In this document: one piece after another, positions 41,873-54,399 of the stretch | How the letters are laid out: each line of letters starts with the position of its first letter | How positions within the stretch are numbered: the stretch's first letter is position 1 | From: Lama glama | Lineage: Eukaryota | DNA length: 64,000 nucleotides | Reading direction: 5' to 3' | NCBI GenBank assembly: GCA_028534125.1 | Contig: CM052817.1 | Span: 69,938,001-70,002,000 of the forward strand | The notes under the pieces: generated by a model | The model's database searches: none | Seen by the model: the letters and a program-made list of their open reading frames with translations, nothing else | Told to the model about the DNA's origin: nothing | Program-made: the position numbers and the translations under genes

Positions 41873-44800
41873 ACTGTTGATACACCTGGGGCGATTGCTC
41901 CATGCAGACAGGTTGGCAGGATGCTGCTCTGAGTGGCAGAGGCTCGTCAGAGGGATGTGTGGAGTGTTAGAGCAGAGAACCAACACCAGCATCGTCCACT
42001 CAGGCCTCCTGGGCAGCTGAGCAGCTTCCAGAGTGCACAGGCCCCCAGTGGTGCTTCTGCTAGCTGTCCGGGGGATACAGCGGCGTTTGCCATCTGACAC
42101 CACTGCTCTGCGGTGCTGAGAGCCTCGTGTCTCCTGTGTCAGGCCCCCTTCCCCAGGGTCCTGCAGCTTCTATCCTTCCTGTTGCTCACATCTTCCCGCC
42201 TGTAACCGAGGCCTGATTGGTGGGGTCAATCACCCTCGTCCCTGAGGGTCAGGACTCTCTCCTTTGAGCAGACCTTTGAGCGGGCTGGCGCCTGGTAGCA
42301 GGCAGCTGCCCCCATCGGACAGCACTCACGCAAGTCAGGGTCAGCTCTGGCAGTGTGGTGGTCCCGCATGGGAGTGCCACGAGCCTGTGCCCCAGCCCCC
42401 ATGTGACATCCTGCCACGCTGTCCCTCCCCTGCTCAAGACATGTGCAGTGGTTCTGTTGTGTCCTGCCAACCACAGTGCCATTGCCGGGGAGCCTTCTTC
42501 CTCCTCACCCGTCACCCCTCCCATCATCACCGCATATCTTTCTCCTGCCTTTCTCACAAGGTCCCGCCAGAGTGGCCCCAGTGCTCTAGGCTGGGCGTAG
42601 CCTGTGTTGTCCTAACTGTGCACTTTGTCTCTCCCTTGGCACACGTGCCACTCTCCTCCCTGATGCGTGGCATGTGCCTCTATTCTCCTCCTGTCCTGTT
42701 TTCTGTGGCATATTTGGGTCCTCATCTTTATACGCCACAGAATGCTCGTGTAGGACGGGTGTTAGGTAGCTGCTCATGAATAAAGGAATGGTGCCTGCAC
42801 TGTGGCTCTGATCTCTGTTGCTGTGACTCTTGTTTGTTTTTAATGCCAAGAATGGTCGGTAGGTGGTGCCGATGAGCCAGCAAAAGAGGCCTGTTGAGGC
42901 AGTTTCCAGGTTCCCAGGCATGCAGAAGAGCTGGGAGTTCACTGAGGACACCTTTCTTTGTTGTCTAGAGTTAGGGGTTCTTAGCTGGGGGATGGGGTGG
43001 GGTGGGGTGTTGTCCCATGAGCCTCCTAAGGTTGATGCAGAATTTTGTGTCTATGTACATTTTCTCTGGAGAAGGTGTCAGATTCTCAGTGAAGTGCTTG
43101 ACTCTAAAGGTTAGGAATTATTGGTCTAAAACATGATATCACATTTAACTCTTACATGGCACACCTATCTATATTTTACTTCTGTCTTTTCTTTTTGCCT
43201 CTTTTGCTTTGTATTACTCAGAATAGAATTTTTAGGATTGTGCTGACTTGGTAAAACTGTTCAGATTTTTTTTTCTATGATATGCTATGTCTTCATATAA
43301 TTTTTTGAAATAAAATAGTCAAGTGATTCTCTGAATTCGGAATGACAGTCTTGACTCTAGGGTTTATTCTCTGTCTTGAATATTGATTTGATTAAATGGC
43401 TTTAGGTAAGTTGGAACCATTATGCTTGAGATTTCTGTCCTCAGGGAGCCTATATTCTAATGAAGGGAGACAGCCCGTAGTGAATGAACCAACATATAAC
43501 ATGTTAGCTTGTGACCAGTAATCCCTGAGAAAGATAAATAGTCTAGGGGATGGCAGGAGTCCTAGCCTGGAGTCCAGACAGTTGCTAGTTCATGTGCAGA
43601 GAGGAGGGGAGGCTCTGGGAGGTGACACTGAGTGAAGGTCTACAGGTGCTGAGGACAGGGCACCGGGCACAGAGCAGCTGTTGCTGAGCTAGGGGTGCTC
43701 GCTGGGTTGTCATCCCAGCACCTTGGCCCCAACACCATAGAAGCCCCGGAGTCTAATGAAGTCCTCTCAGCAGAATCCACTTATCGGCTCCTGTGTTCTT
43801 TCTCATTCTTGCCTTTGCACATGCTGTTCCCGCTGCACAGAATGCCCTTCCCTGCCCTCTCTTCCCTTGGGATTCTCTTCAGGACCATCAGGACCTGGGC
43901 CTGGGTGGTGGTTTTGGTTGAGTCATGGCAGTGTGAGTAAATCTCTCCATCTTTGCCCACACGGCTGTGTGAATCTTCGTGACTCTTGAGGACTTGTTCT
44001 GATGACATTTTTGGTTTACTCATCTGAATTCTCCTGTTATATCATGAACACTTGAGTGCTTGTCTTGTTTTTGTCTCATTCTGAGTCTGTGGTGCCTGGT
44101 ACGTAACGGGTATAAATACAAGTTGAATGAATGAATGAGGCCACCTGATAAAGCTAATGCGTATGTGATCACTTTTGCTCTCTTATGGCCTGAAACTCAA
44201 ATCATGGTTCTCAGGATCCTCTGGCTGACTCACCAGTGGAGTACTGATAGTGTCACCCATAAGGAGTAACTGATTGCTTTCTAATCACCTTGAACTGTCT
44301 TGAATCCTTTGGCATTACTTAGGACTTCGTGTGCTTTTAAAAATAGTCTTTATGGATGTTTCAGCAGTTCTTGTTCCTTGTGCCTGAAAATCTGAAATAA
44401 TAAGTATGAAATCCTCTCAAGTACTTTATCATTTTTTTCCTTTTTTTTCCCAAGCTTTGATGTAATTGACTATTTCTTTATGCTTTGGAACAAAATTCTA
44501 GATAACCGCTTGTTACAGGCTATTCCCATTCCTGATTTTGGAGAAAGGGGACAGGTTGTTCTCTGTAAAAACCTCTGTAGCCCAAGGACAGTATCTGAAG
44601 GATTTCATAAAATTCCAAAGAAAAAGTACACAGGCTCTTGTCTTAGTCTACTCAGGACACTTTCAAACTTGCATGGCCATTCTAAGTCAGGTTTGGGCTT
44701 TCTTTAAACATCATCTTAACCAAAGGGTTTATGTGCATGTGATTCCAGAGGGAATACTCATTACTTGTAAAACAAAAAAGCTGGAAAAGAAAAATATACA

Positions 44801-45220
44801 TACAATACACAGAAAATACAAAGCTTAGTTCTTTTCTTTTTTTTTTTTAAAAAAAAGGTCTATTTATCCATCAAAAATATGCTGTCGCTTTAAAGGGTAT
44901 TTTAATAAATTATTCCAGAGTTGGAGAATCCCGCTCCGCTGGAAGTAAGCGGTGTCCCCGGCCGCTGGGGCCTCTCTCCGTGAGCAAGGCAGCAGCGCTC
45001 TGGAATCCACCTCACACAGTCACTTTGTGGGATAGCTTGGAGAACCTTGTGACCTATTTGGCATGTTCCCGAGACAGAATCATATCCAAGCCAGAAATCC
45101 TGACTCCAGATGGTTTTTGAATGTGCAAATATGTAAAACTCTAGTGATTCAGGGACCGACGCGTGACAGGGAGGACCTTGGGAAGGACGGTGTGGCTTAG
45201 TGCTGCCCTCTTCTCCGCAG

Positions 45221-45337
45221 GTGACGCGTCCAAGGAGGACATCGACACTGCTATGAAGCTGGGCGCTGGCTACCCCATGGGCCCATTCGAGCTTCTCGAT
45301 TATGTTGGGCTGGATACTACGAAATTCATCTTGGACG
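45221..45337 (+). CDS. HADH: HADH coding exon 7
   Basis: ccgcag| acceptor. [39 protein letters not shown]. Donor ACG|gtaagg. 117 nt. Confidence 0.98.
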
Positions 45338-45544
45338 GTAAGGGTTGGAATTCTCTGTTGTCTGTCTTTAACTGAGGTGAGGTGGTCTCTCTCAATTATG
45401 GATTAAATGATAATGCCTATTTAAAACAAATTATTAAGAGTCTTAGTAGACCTTCCAAAGTCTTGCCCCACCAGCTTAGAGAGTCAAGTTAACAAATGAC
45501 AGAAGGAAAAATGTGGCTGCCTGGTCTCACAAAGCAACTTTTTT

Positions 45545-45760
45545 TTTAAACTTTTCATTTTGAAATAATTGTAGATTCACAGGAAGTTTCAAATGCAGCA
45601 AAGACAGGGCCCATGTTCCCCTTTACTTCATTTCCCCCGATGGTTCCTTCTTACATAATGACTGTAGTACAATATCAGGGCCAGGAGATTGACATTGGTA
45701 CCCAGTCATTCTGTCCCATAGGCTGATTAGTGTAACCACTGCCTTCAAGGTACACAGCCA
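45545..45760 (-). mobile_element. Old LINE-1 3' end (L1MC-like) in HADH intron 7
   Basis: ttttgaaataattgtagattcacaggaagtt...acaatatca..ccaggagattgacattggtac. Confidence 0.65.
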
Positions 45761-46344
45761 TTTAAAGAGGTACAGTCATTCTCCTGTAGTGGCTTTGAAG
45801 ACAGGGGTAAAACTATTAACCAAAATTGGGGTACTGAAGTTGAATGTAGCTCATACTACCAAGTCTCAACACAGAATACTCATGTACTTGGGAGGAGCGA
45901 GGAGGGTTCTAATTGAAGCATGAACTTTTGGATTTCATGAGGATGCGAAATACCAGTAGCAGCAAATTCAGATCTTTAACATGTCTGGAAGTCATCTCAC
46001 TGTGCCACTGATAGGTCCAGCCTCCAGATTAAGGGGTTCTGTTTGTGTACCTGAATCTTTGGCAGCAGCAGTTTCCATGAAGGGATTGGCTGAACAGGAG
46101 AGCCGTGGTAGAGCCAAGCCTTGAGCAGCGTGGCCTGTGGGAGCACACCTACTTCTGGGCTCATGTGCAGCCTTTCTTCTGCCTCTGCCATTTGGGCCAG
46201 AGTGGCTCCAGGCCCGTGAGGCTCTCCCACATCAGAGAAAGGACCCTTCTCCCCTGAACTCTGCCTCCAGACTTGTCCTAGGGATGCTGAGATGCAGAAT
46301 AAACCCAGAACTTCATCCTGAGCCCTCTCCTCTCCTCTCAATAG

Positions 46345-46463
46345 GGTGGCATGAAATGGATTCCAAGAACCCCTTGTTTCAGCCCAGCCCATCCATGAAT
46401 AAGCTGGTGGCAGAGAATAAGCTTGGCAAGAAGACTGGAGAAGGATATTACAAATACAAATGA
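46345..46463 (+). CDS. HADH: HADH coding exon 8 (to stop codon)
   Basis: aatag| acceptor. [39 protein letters not shown]. 119 nt. The eight exons sum to 945 nt in frame. Confidence 0.98.
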
Positions 46464-47135
46464 TGCTCAGCTTCTCTGGCTCCGGGAAGAAGCCCCCATA
46501 AGCATGTACCAGCAGCTCCCCAAGTGCCCACGGGAATGTTCTTTGGTCAGACGTTCCCTCACACAGCACCATCTATTCGATATGCATTTTGATTGTAATC
46601 TATCTGAACTAATTATTTACCCTAGTAACAGTAGTAGCTGATTCCTCCATTGAGAACTAATTCCCTTTGTAGTCTATTTCTGTGTATTTTCTGAAAAGCT
46701 TTATGTACACCCTCGGTGCCTTGGAGCAAACATTTCTTTCGAACCTGTGTCCATCATTGCCACACGGGAATGTCACGACTGAGTGACACGTCATGGTGTG
46801 TCTGTGAAGGGCTGCGCAGGTAGCACCAGCATCTCGCCTTTTCGAGAACATTTGCCGCCTGCAGTTTCGAGCCTTACCCTACATCCTGAGCACGGCGATG
46901 TAAGGTGTCATGTCTTGATTCAACTCATCACCAAAACACTGCTGCTGGGTTGGTGGGGATATCTCCACGTGCTGGGTTTGCCGGAATAAGTTTCATTCAC
47001 ATCTGAAATCGGAATAATTATCGTCTGTCTGTCTGTTTTTTTCCATGAGAAATCATTGCTGCAAATTAATAAAATGTAGTCTTTCAATCTGTAAAAATTT
47101 GAATTGAAATAAACATATGTATAATTTTAAATAAT
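46464..47135 (+). other. HADH: HADH 3'UTR (end approximate)
   Basis: Sequence from the TGA to just past the two AATAAA signals. Confidence 0.75.
47068..47113 (+). terminator. HADH: Tandem polyadenylation signals of HADH
   Basis: AATAAA at 47068-47073 and 47108-47113, about 0.6 kb after the stop. Confidence 0.8.
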
Positions 47136-49929
47136 CGTTGCTTCAATGGCTGTGAAAGTAAAGGGTGGTCATCGAGGCAGTGCCCCGCCTTTGGCCTGTT
47201 GTCATTTTTCCAGCAGTAATGCTGGGGAAGGAGCCGCGGGAGCAGGTGTTCAGGTGCAGCCTGCCTGCAGCTGTCACTCCAGGTTTCTTACCAGTAAAGC
47301 AATAATAAGGGCACAGAAGACAGTTTTTAAGGAACATCTGTTTTTTCTTTGCCAACAAAAAGAGTGTAACATAAGCTTCCTTTAATCATTGGCTTGAGAA
47401 AGTGTCTTCCAAGATAGAATTTTGAAGCTGGAAAGACATCAGAAACTCTAAGGTCCAGTGGCCTCATTCATAGAGAGCTGAAGGGATATGGCCAAGGTCA
47501 CCAGAAATTTGGTAGCAGAGAGCCAGGATTCGAACTAGGTTTTGATGATAAAATTAAATACAAAATAGCAAATTTGAAAATCTCAAATCCAAACTTTCAA
47601 AGAGGACTATCCCCAAAGTGGGCATCCTTGTTTGGTGTCCTGGGTCACAGTTCTGATGGTTGAGAGATTTATTTCCCCCTCCCTTTCATGATGAATGAAG
47701 GGGAGCTTCTTAATTTTTTTTTTTTACTTGAATCTAACTATAGCATCATGGGAAAATACACACATACATTTCTACTGCATATAGGACCTGGGTTAGGAAA
47801 CTTCTAGGTTATTCTTATAAAACATTTCCTAACGAAAAAAAGGAAGCACCTGTGGCACCACCACCATTTCCATTACCTGCGGCTCCCCTGTGGTCTGACA
47901 GCCCCCTGCTCACGCTCAGGCTGGCTCTTGACCTTTGACATGAGCTCTCGGCTTAGCGGGGCTTCCTTTCCTTCTCATTCTCTGACTGGAGTGCCTGCAG
48001 GACGTGGGCCCTTGACCTGGAAGTGGCAGGGCTTTTTCTGGACCACTGAATTCCAGGAAAGAGAACTTGGCCTGGGACTGGGGTGTGAGCGTGGGGGTCG
48101 CAGCTGTCTTTCTCTGGCTGAGGGTTTCCAGCCTACCAGAAAGTCACCCGGCCTGTGGACATTCTTGTATCGTTTTCAGAAAGCCGCTCCCATGTGCCGT
48201 GTTTGGGGCTGGGGAGGAATTTTGACCATCTTCCAAGCTCGGGAGTCAGGAGCAGCTTTCTCAGTCCCGTGCTCAGGTCTCCGCTGTCCACCCAGGGCTC
48301 CGTGGGGGGAAGGGTCTCATCAGTCAGGTCCTCTGCTTCCAAATCAGGGCCAGCTGCTGCTGTTGGCAAACAGCCTCAGCAGGATGCCAGGGGGCTTGGG
48401 TTGGCCTCCGCTGTGTTTGGCTACGCCTGTTCAGGAGGGACGGTGGGCCTGACTTCACCATGGCTGCCTCTCCTCCCTCCCCAAACTCATCTCCACACAG
48501 CAACCATGGATCTTTTACCGCATCTTCAAAGTAACTACTAGGTTTTAGATCAAGAGGATACTTCTCCCCCGCACCCCGTCCCCATCCTACCTTCTTAGTG
48601 ATATTTTTGTTCCGACAATAGAAAATTTGAGATTAAAAAGAAAACTGTACAATTGATGAAATAGCTTGTTGGAAAAGTGAGCCTCTGAGCATAGCCATCA
48701 CCTGGACTTCAATTACGTTTTGCAAGACGGCCTTCTCTGAAGAATACTTTCAATGCTTCTGAAAGTGTCTTTGTAAAATCAAAACTGTGGCCCTGAATAT
48801 CCACAAGATGCACCGTTAACAGTTTCTCAGGGGAATATGGTTGGCTAACTTCTCTTGACATCAGTCGCCAGGTATATTTCCAGTGTGGGGACTGAAATAA
48901 ATGGCTCAGCATGGGGGTGAGCAGCAGAGATCTTGGAACTGAGAAACTGCAGTATAAAATCTGGTGATATAAAATGATTCCCCTCTCGGTTCTGTTCTAT
49001 AGTAAATTTTCTGACTCTTAACATGTCAGCTTTTAGAAGCTTGTTTGAGACTCAACCACTGATCTTTGGAGAGGGTAGAACTAATAACATTACTCACTGC
49101 TTCTACAACAGGCACTAATTACGCTTTCTCAGTTCGTAAGTTATACTTTCAACACACTTGAAACAAGCTTTTGTCTTGTCCCACCTTGGTTTAATCCCTT
49201 TAACATTTCAACCTAAGTAACCAGTTAAGTCTTAATCAAAAATACAAGGTGTGGCTATAATTTTGTGGGACTAATTTTCCTGTAAACAGGCATTGATGGT
49301 ACTAGATAGTAATCTAAAAAATGCTTTGAACAATGAAAGCATTGCTGCACTTTCAACCTATTTAGTTGTGTAAATTCTGTTTTCAAAATTGGTCTCAATG
49401 TTTCATAATCAGTTTTTATTTCTATGGCAGAACAAATTTTAACTACTGAAAGACAAACATCCCATCATTGACACTACGTCTGTTCAATGTTTTATTTAAA
49501 ATTAGCTGTAGCTGTTGCAGAATAATTGGGGTAAATGGTTTGTGGGCTTTGGAATTGAACAGACTTGGGTGCTAGTGCTCAGTTCCACTCTCTTGACCTC
49601 TGTACCCTAATCTCGGGGGTTACTAGTTTCCTGGGCATACCTGGCAGAATGGGCAGAGAGCTGGAACCTGCTGGCAGGGTTGTTCAGGACCAAATGAGAT
49701 GATAGGTATCAGGTGTTGAGCTCACTACCTGGCCCAATAGGCTGATTGTGACCACCTCCCTCCTCGTTGCCCCATTTGGAAGGGAGCCACCGTTCGTGAA
49801 CTCCTTCAGGCTTACAGAGAGCCCAGAACATCATACACCTGGGGAGTGGGCTGACGATTGGGAGCAGGCCCACGAGCCTTGTAAAAGAGTCTTAGAAGTG
49901 AAGCTTAGGGCCACCTGGGTAAAAAGAAA

Positions 49930-51020
49930 AGTGAGGGAGTTGCGTGCTCCACCCACCACGCAGCCGCTCCGGAAGTTCTTCCCCAGCCTTCGGAGGGCGG
50001 CTGGTCAGGGCCGAGCAAGAGGGGAGAGCAAGCTGGACGTCGTCCCGGTGAGCCGGAGAGGCGGCGGCAGTCAGGTAAGTTACGGTTTATGTACGGGCGG
50101 TAGACTGTGCGTGATTTAAGACCCCAGAAAAAAGCAAGTGCATAGGAGAGGAGTCTCCTAATGCATATGGTGATTCAGGAAACAATGGTGGATGAACATG
50201 AGAAAAGGTAAACTTCATCCTATCATAATGTCGTTTGTCAGGGCAGAGGCCTCGTGGTGCGAGAAGCCGCGGCGTCCGACGTGGGTCTCCCAGCCTCATT
50301 TCTGCAGATGCACTGTGGGGGTTAGAAAAATGTAGCCTGTTCTCAGGCAAGCAGGTATTAGAAGGGAAAATCCCCTGGAATAAGAACTCTGCCTGCTGCT
50401 CCCTCCTCTTGACTACCAGGTTTAGAAAACAGGAAACTGAGAAGCCTACAAAACCCGGACGGGGGGGTGGGGGGCGTGGGGGTGTGCACGGAGGCACATT
50501 TGAACAAAGTGTTCTGCTTGGGGTGGTTTGCAGGACTGAACCCTAAAAGTCTCACTCTGAAACCAGGTGGAGGTTTTGCCGCGTACTTCCGGGAAGGTAG
50601 ATTTCCCGAGCTTTTTCGCCTCAGTGTTGAAGTCCTAGCGAAAGGCTGAGGGTCCGGAACCGCCCGCCCCTCCACCGCATGGACCCGCAGTGGGACCAGG
50701 CAGGCAGGGGCGCCGCCAGCCCTCTGAGTCCGGACGGGTCGCGCGCTGCCCGGGGTGAGAAGCTCTTCAGCTGGCAGATGAAAACGTGGTGCAAGAGGGA
50801 GGGAAGTGGAACGAGCCCGCCGCCGCGAGGTCTGCACAGCTGTAGAGGCTTGAGCACATCCACACGCCCTCGTCTGCGAACCAGCCGCGCGTGGAGGTGT
50901 TTACAGGGAGACTGCTGCTCACGCCGCACTCGCGCTCGTGGGGTCGGGGTGGGGGGCGGGGGGCGGGGGGCGGTCCTGGCAATAGCTGGCTCGGCTTTCT
51001 TAAGTCAGAGGCCTAGGTGA
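49930..51020. promoter_or_regulatory. Intergenic CpG-rich island between the HADH and LEF1 3' ends
   Basis: Local CpG enrichment at 49940-50110 and 50570-51000. GC boxes at 50940-50973, ETS and STAT motifs. Confidence 0.6.
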
Positions 51021-52408
51021 GGTTGCTAATGCTCGTGCCTTGGTTTGCGCTGTTGTCCTTCCTTTCAGCATGTTAGAGGTTGACTTGTGAGGAGAGAGAA
51101 CAAGTGTACTTTTGTTAAAATCTCAGCTAATCCCAAATGCTGGGGAGGGGGTCATTGGGGCCAGCACTTCTCCTTCACAGGATGCGGCCCCCACACCTGC
51201 CCACTGAACCACAGCCTCCCTGGGACTCTGCCCTCCAGGGTCTCTGATACCACTTTAAATTTTCCCTGCTTACTGTTGGAGGGGAGAATAGAGACAGTCA
51301 TCCTAACGTTTCAGAATAAGAGTTGTAGTGGCCACAATACTGAGTGTGGCAATCAGGTTGAAAGCTCATGAGAACTGGCCAGTCCGAGAGGGCTGGGTGG
51401 ATGGGTTGGAGTTCTCTGGGACGGTGGAAAGAGCCCAACTGATTGTAACCTTGGAGTTAGAGCAGGCCCAGCTTGCGCTAGACGCTGGCACTTGGGGAGC
51501 AGATGAAATCGTTCAGCAGGTACCCCTAGGCCTTTGTGAGTCTCCCAGCAAGCCCCGCACAGGCCTGGCTTCGTGTGCTGCACAGTGTCCAGAGCCCGGC
51601 ATGGAGGGCCAGCTCAACTAGAAAACCACGTGCTGCCCTTCTCCAGACAAGCAAGCCTGATAGGACCTGTAACAACAGGCTAGTCTGTGGGGCTTCGTTT
51701 TACTTTGGTTGTCTTTACCTTCCTGATGGGAGAACACCTCATTATGGCTTAGACCATAATTCAGTGATTCTAGTGAGTTCAAATTCTGAGACAGTTAAGT
51801 TACGGACAGAGGAGAGAAAATGACTAATGTACTAATTCCACTGTGACTACGAAGAGAAACAGTTGTGTGACTAAGTCTGCTTGTAGGAGTGTTCTCATTC
51901 CATCTGGCAAATAATACATTTTCCACCAATTTCCTCCATGTATTTAATGTAGATCAAAAATTAACTTAGCTGGTAGCATCTGAAGCTATTATAAATTGAG
52001 AAAAATATTTAATAAACACATCAGAGCAGATGACCCCACCCCCTTTCTGTAAGTATTTCCTTGGTCCTTGGGCCAAAACAGTGTTTAGTCCTGGTTACCA
52101 ACTGCTTCCATGGGCAGAAGAAATGTGCCCATGTGTTCTACGGCTATAGGCTTTACAAAAACAAAGTTTGTTTTTTCTCATTGGGCAAAAAAAAGCCTGT
52201 TTAATAACAAATTATAAAACAATTCAAGGGGAAGTTCATTTACTAAGTTATTTTGTATGTGCAAGGCGTCTCTCATTTTCCACTCACTGTACCTTGTTAG
52301 AGGTCAGTGAGATCTTCGTTTGGCCCACCAGGAGGCAAAGGGCTGCCCGTGCTGGGAGTGGCTCCAAACCTGGGCTCTCCTTACTGCACGCCTCCTTCCC
52401 TTTTAACG

Positions 52409-52556
52409 TAAGAGCCTGTTTTGTTTGTTTGTTTTTGGCATTCTTTTTTATTGAAATATAGTCAGTTACAATGTTGTGTCAATTTCTGGTGTCCAGCGTA
52501 ATGTTTCAGTCATACATAAACATACACATACTCATTTTGATATAAGAACCTGATTT
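52409..52556 (-). mobile_element. Very short LINE-1 3' end insertion with TSD
   Basis: About 120 bp of L1 tail flanked by taagagcctgtttt (52409-52422) and taagaacctgattt (52543-52556). Confidence 0.8.
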
Positions 52557-54399
52557 TTAAAGTTTAAATTACTGTTCAGGGAGAAGGATGCCTGCACATT
52601 GTAACAAGTGCAGGTGGTGAACAAGCTTACAAGCAGTAGAAACACTTTCCTAGCGGACAGTTATTTCAGCCCAGTCCATGGGCAGGTGCTCAGTAAACAT
52701 GTACTGAATGAGCACATTGACCATTTCTGTTAAATGCCAGTTTATTGTGCCCACGATGCTGCTGACAGTGAACCACATGAGCATTATTTCTTCAACAGGG
52801 CAAGTGAGTGAACAGCCAGTTTCCACTTGTGTTCGTTTTACTGTAAATTATTCTGTATTACCTAATGTGTATAAAGTCCTAGTTCAGATTGATTCATGAC
52901 AGTAATGTTGCTTTTAAATAACTGCCCTTGGTACACCTTCCTCTCCTACTGTCCCTCAGAACCACTCCCAGCTGCGGTGTAAGATGGTGTAGGCTTTCCC
53001 ATCAGAGAGGTGCAGAAGTTTAAAGCAGCAGCTTCCAAAATGGTATCCACTAAATGATGACCAACAAAACCAATCATCTTATTTTTTCCATAATACGTAA
53101 GTAAGCAGCATTTAGAATCATGTCCTTCTATCAGTATTAAGATGTTTAACTTCACACTATTCAGTTTCTATTAAAAAGCAGATCCAGTTTTGTGTGTAAA
53201 TGTATCTCTAGAAATTAGGTTTCACATGGCAGTTTTAAAATTTTCTATGCGTGAAAGGTAACATCCTGGGCAGACATAGTAATTTGTACCGCTACTGTGT
53301 CACATGGAATTTAAGTTTCTCTTTTCTGTTGGAACCATGCATTACTCCCTTGTGACTTCTCCCTTTTAAAAGGAAAGCCACGCAGACATCTTACTGCTCA
53401 GGGGCCCCTGATCAGAGGTTTCCACACTGTTGCAGCCTTAGAACAAACTGTAGAGGAAAAAATGATTGTACTTGGACAGCTATAGTTGTGAAACTGTTCA
53501 AAGCCTCCTTCCAGCTAAACAGGTAGTTGCCAACAACCCTAGCAACCAGAGTAAAGCCAGGAGAAAAGCACCCCTTCCTAAGACCAGCACACCAGCTGTG
53601 ACCTCAGAGAAAGGCTGGGCTCCAGCAGGAAGGCTGGCCTGTCCTCTCCTGTTGGCACACAGTCCAGCTCTGAGCTCGTTGCGGGGAACGACGCCCAATC
53701 ACTGCAAGATCAAAAGCAGTAGCCAGAGGGAGTCCCTCTGCCTGGTGCCCCAGGAGAACGTCCCTTGGTCTGTATGTACCTCTCAGGGGCTCTGGACTCT
53801 CCTTCCCCAGAACTGCTGCCTGAGGAAAGCAGGATTGGGGCAGATGCACCAAGAATGAGCACTGTGCCAGGACATCCAAGTTATCTGGGGAAAGTTATTC
53901 TGGAAGAAATGTAGAAAACTAGGAGGGACCAAATTGTGGCAGAGCAGCTGGCTCAGAGGATCCAAACAGCCTGCTGCTTTTGGCATTGTTGATTCACTGT
54001 GTGTCATAAAAACACAGCAGAGGAGCAAGCGAGGGGGACTTGAGTGGGCTCTGACCGAGGCCCGAGTCTTACCTCCTATCCCTGCTCTTCACTTGATGGA
54101 CAGGCTTTTATTACTGATCAGTTTCTAAGATCCAGAAGAGCCAATCAGTGTGTTGCTACAACTCCCCCCACCGCCCCCCAAAAAAGTAACACTTAAATAT
54201 TTATTTCTGTCACTTCCTACGCCACGTTGTTGGATGTTCTTGTTACTCCTGAAAAGAGTACAGTGGCAGTTTTAGGCAGTTATAACTTGGTTCATATACA
54301 TTAAGAAAACAGAGATAATTTCAAATGAATATGAAACCTTTATAACAAGTAGGTCCCCTGGACATAATAGACATTTTTCCCTGGTTCAAGTTTAGTCTA

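Noticed and set aside
45997..46572. 191-aa minus-strand ORF over HADH exon 8
   Set aside because: Antisense shadow with a non-ATG start and no recognisable homology.
46461..46592. Stop-codon readthrough giving a peroxisomal HADH
   Set aside because: The context is TGA-TGC, not TGA-CTAG, and the extension would end ...RYAF with no PTS1.
47928..48541. 174-aa and 128-aa intergenic ORFs
   Set aside because: Non-ATG starts, GC-rich, no splice structure or domain evidence.
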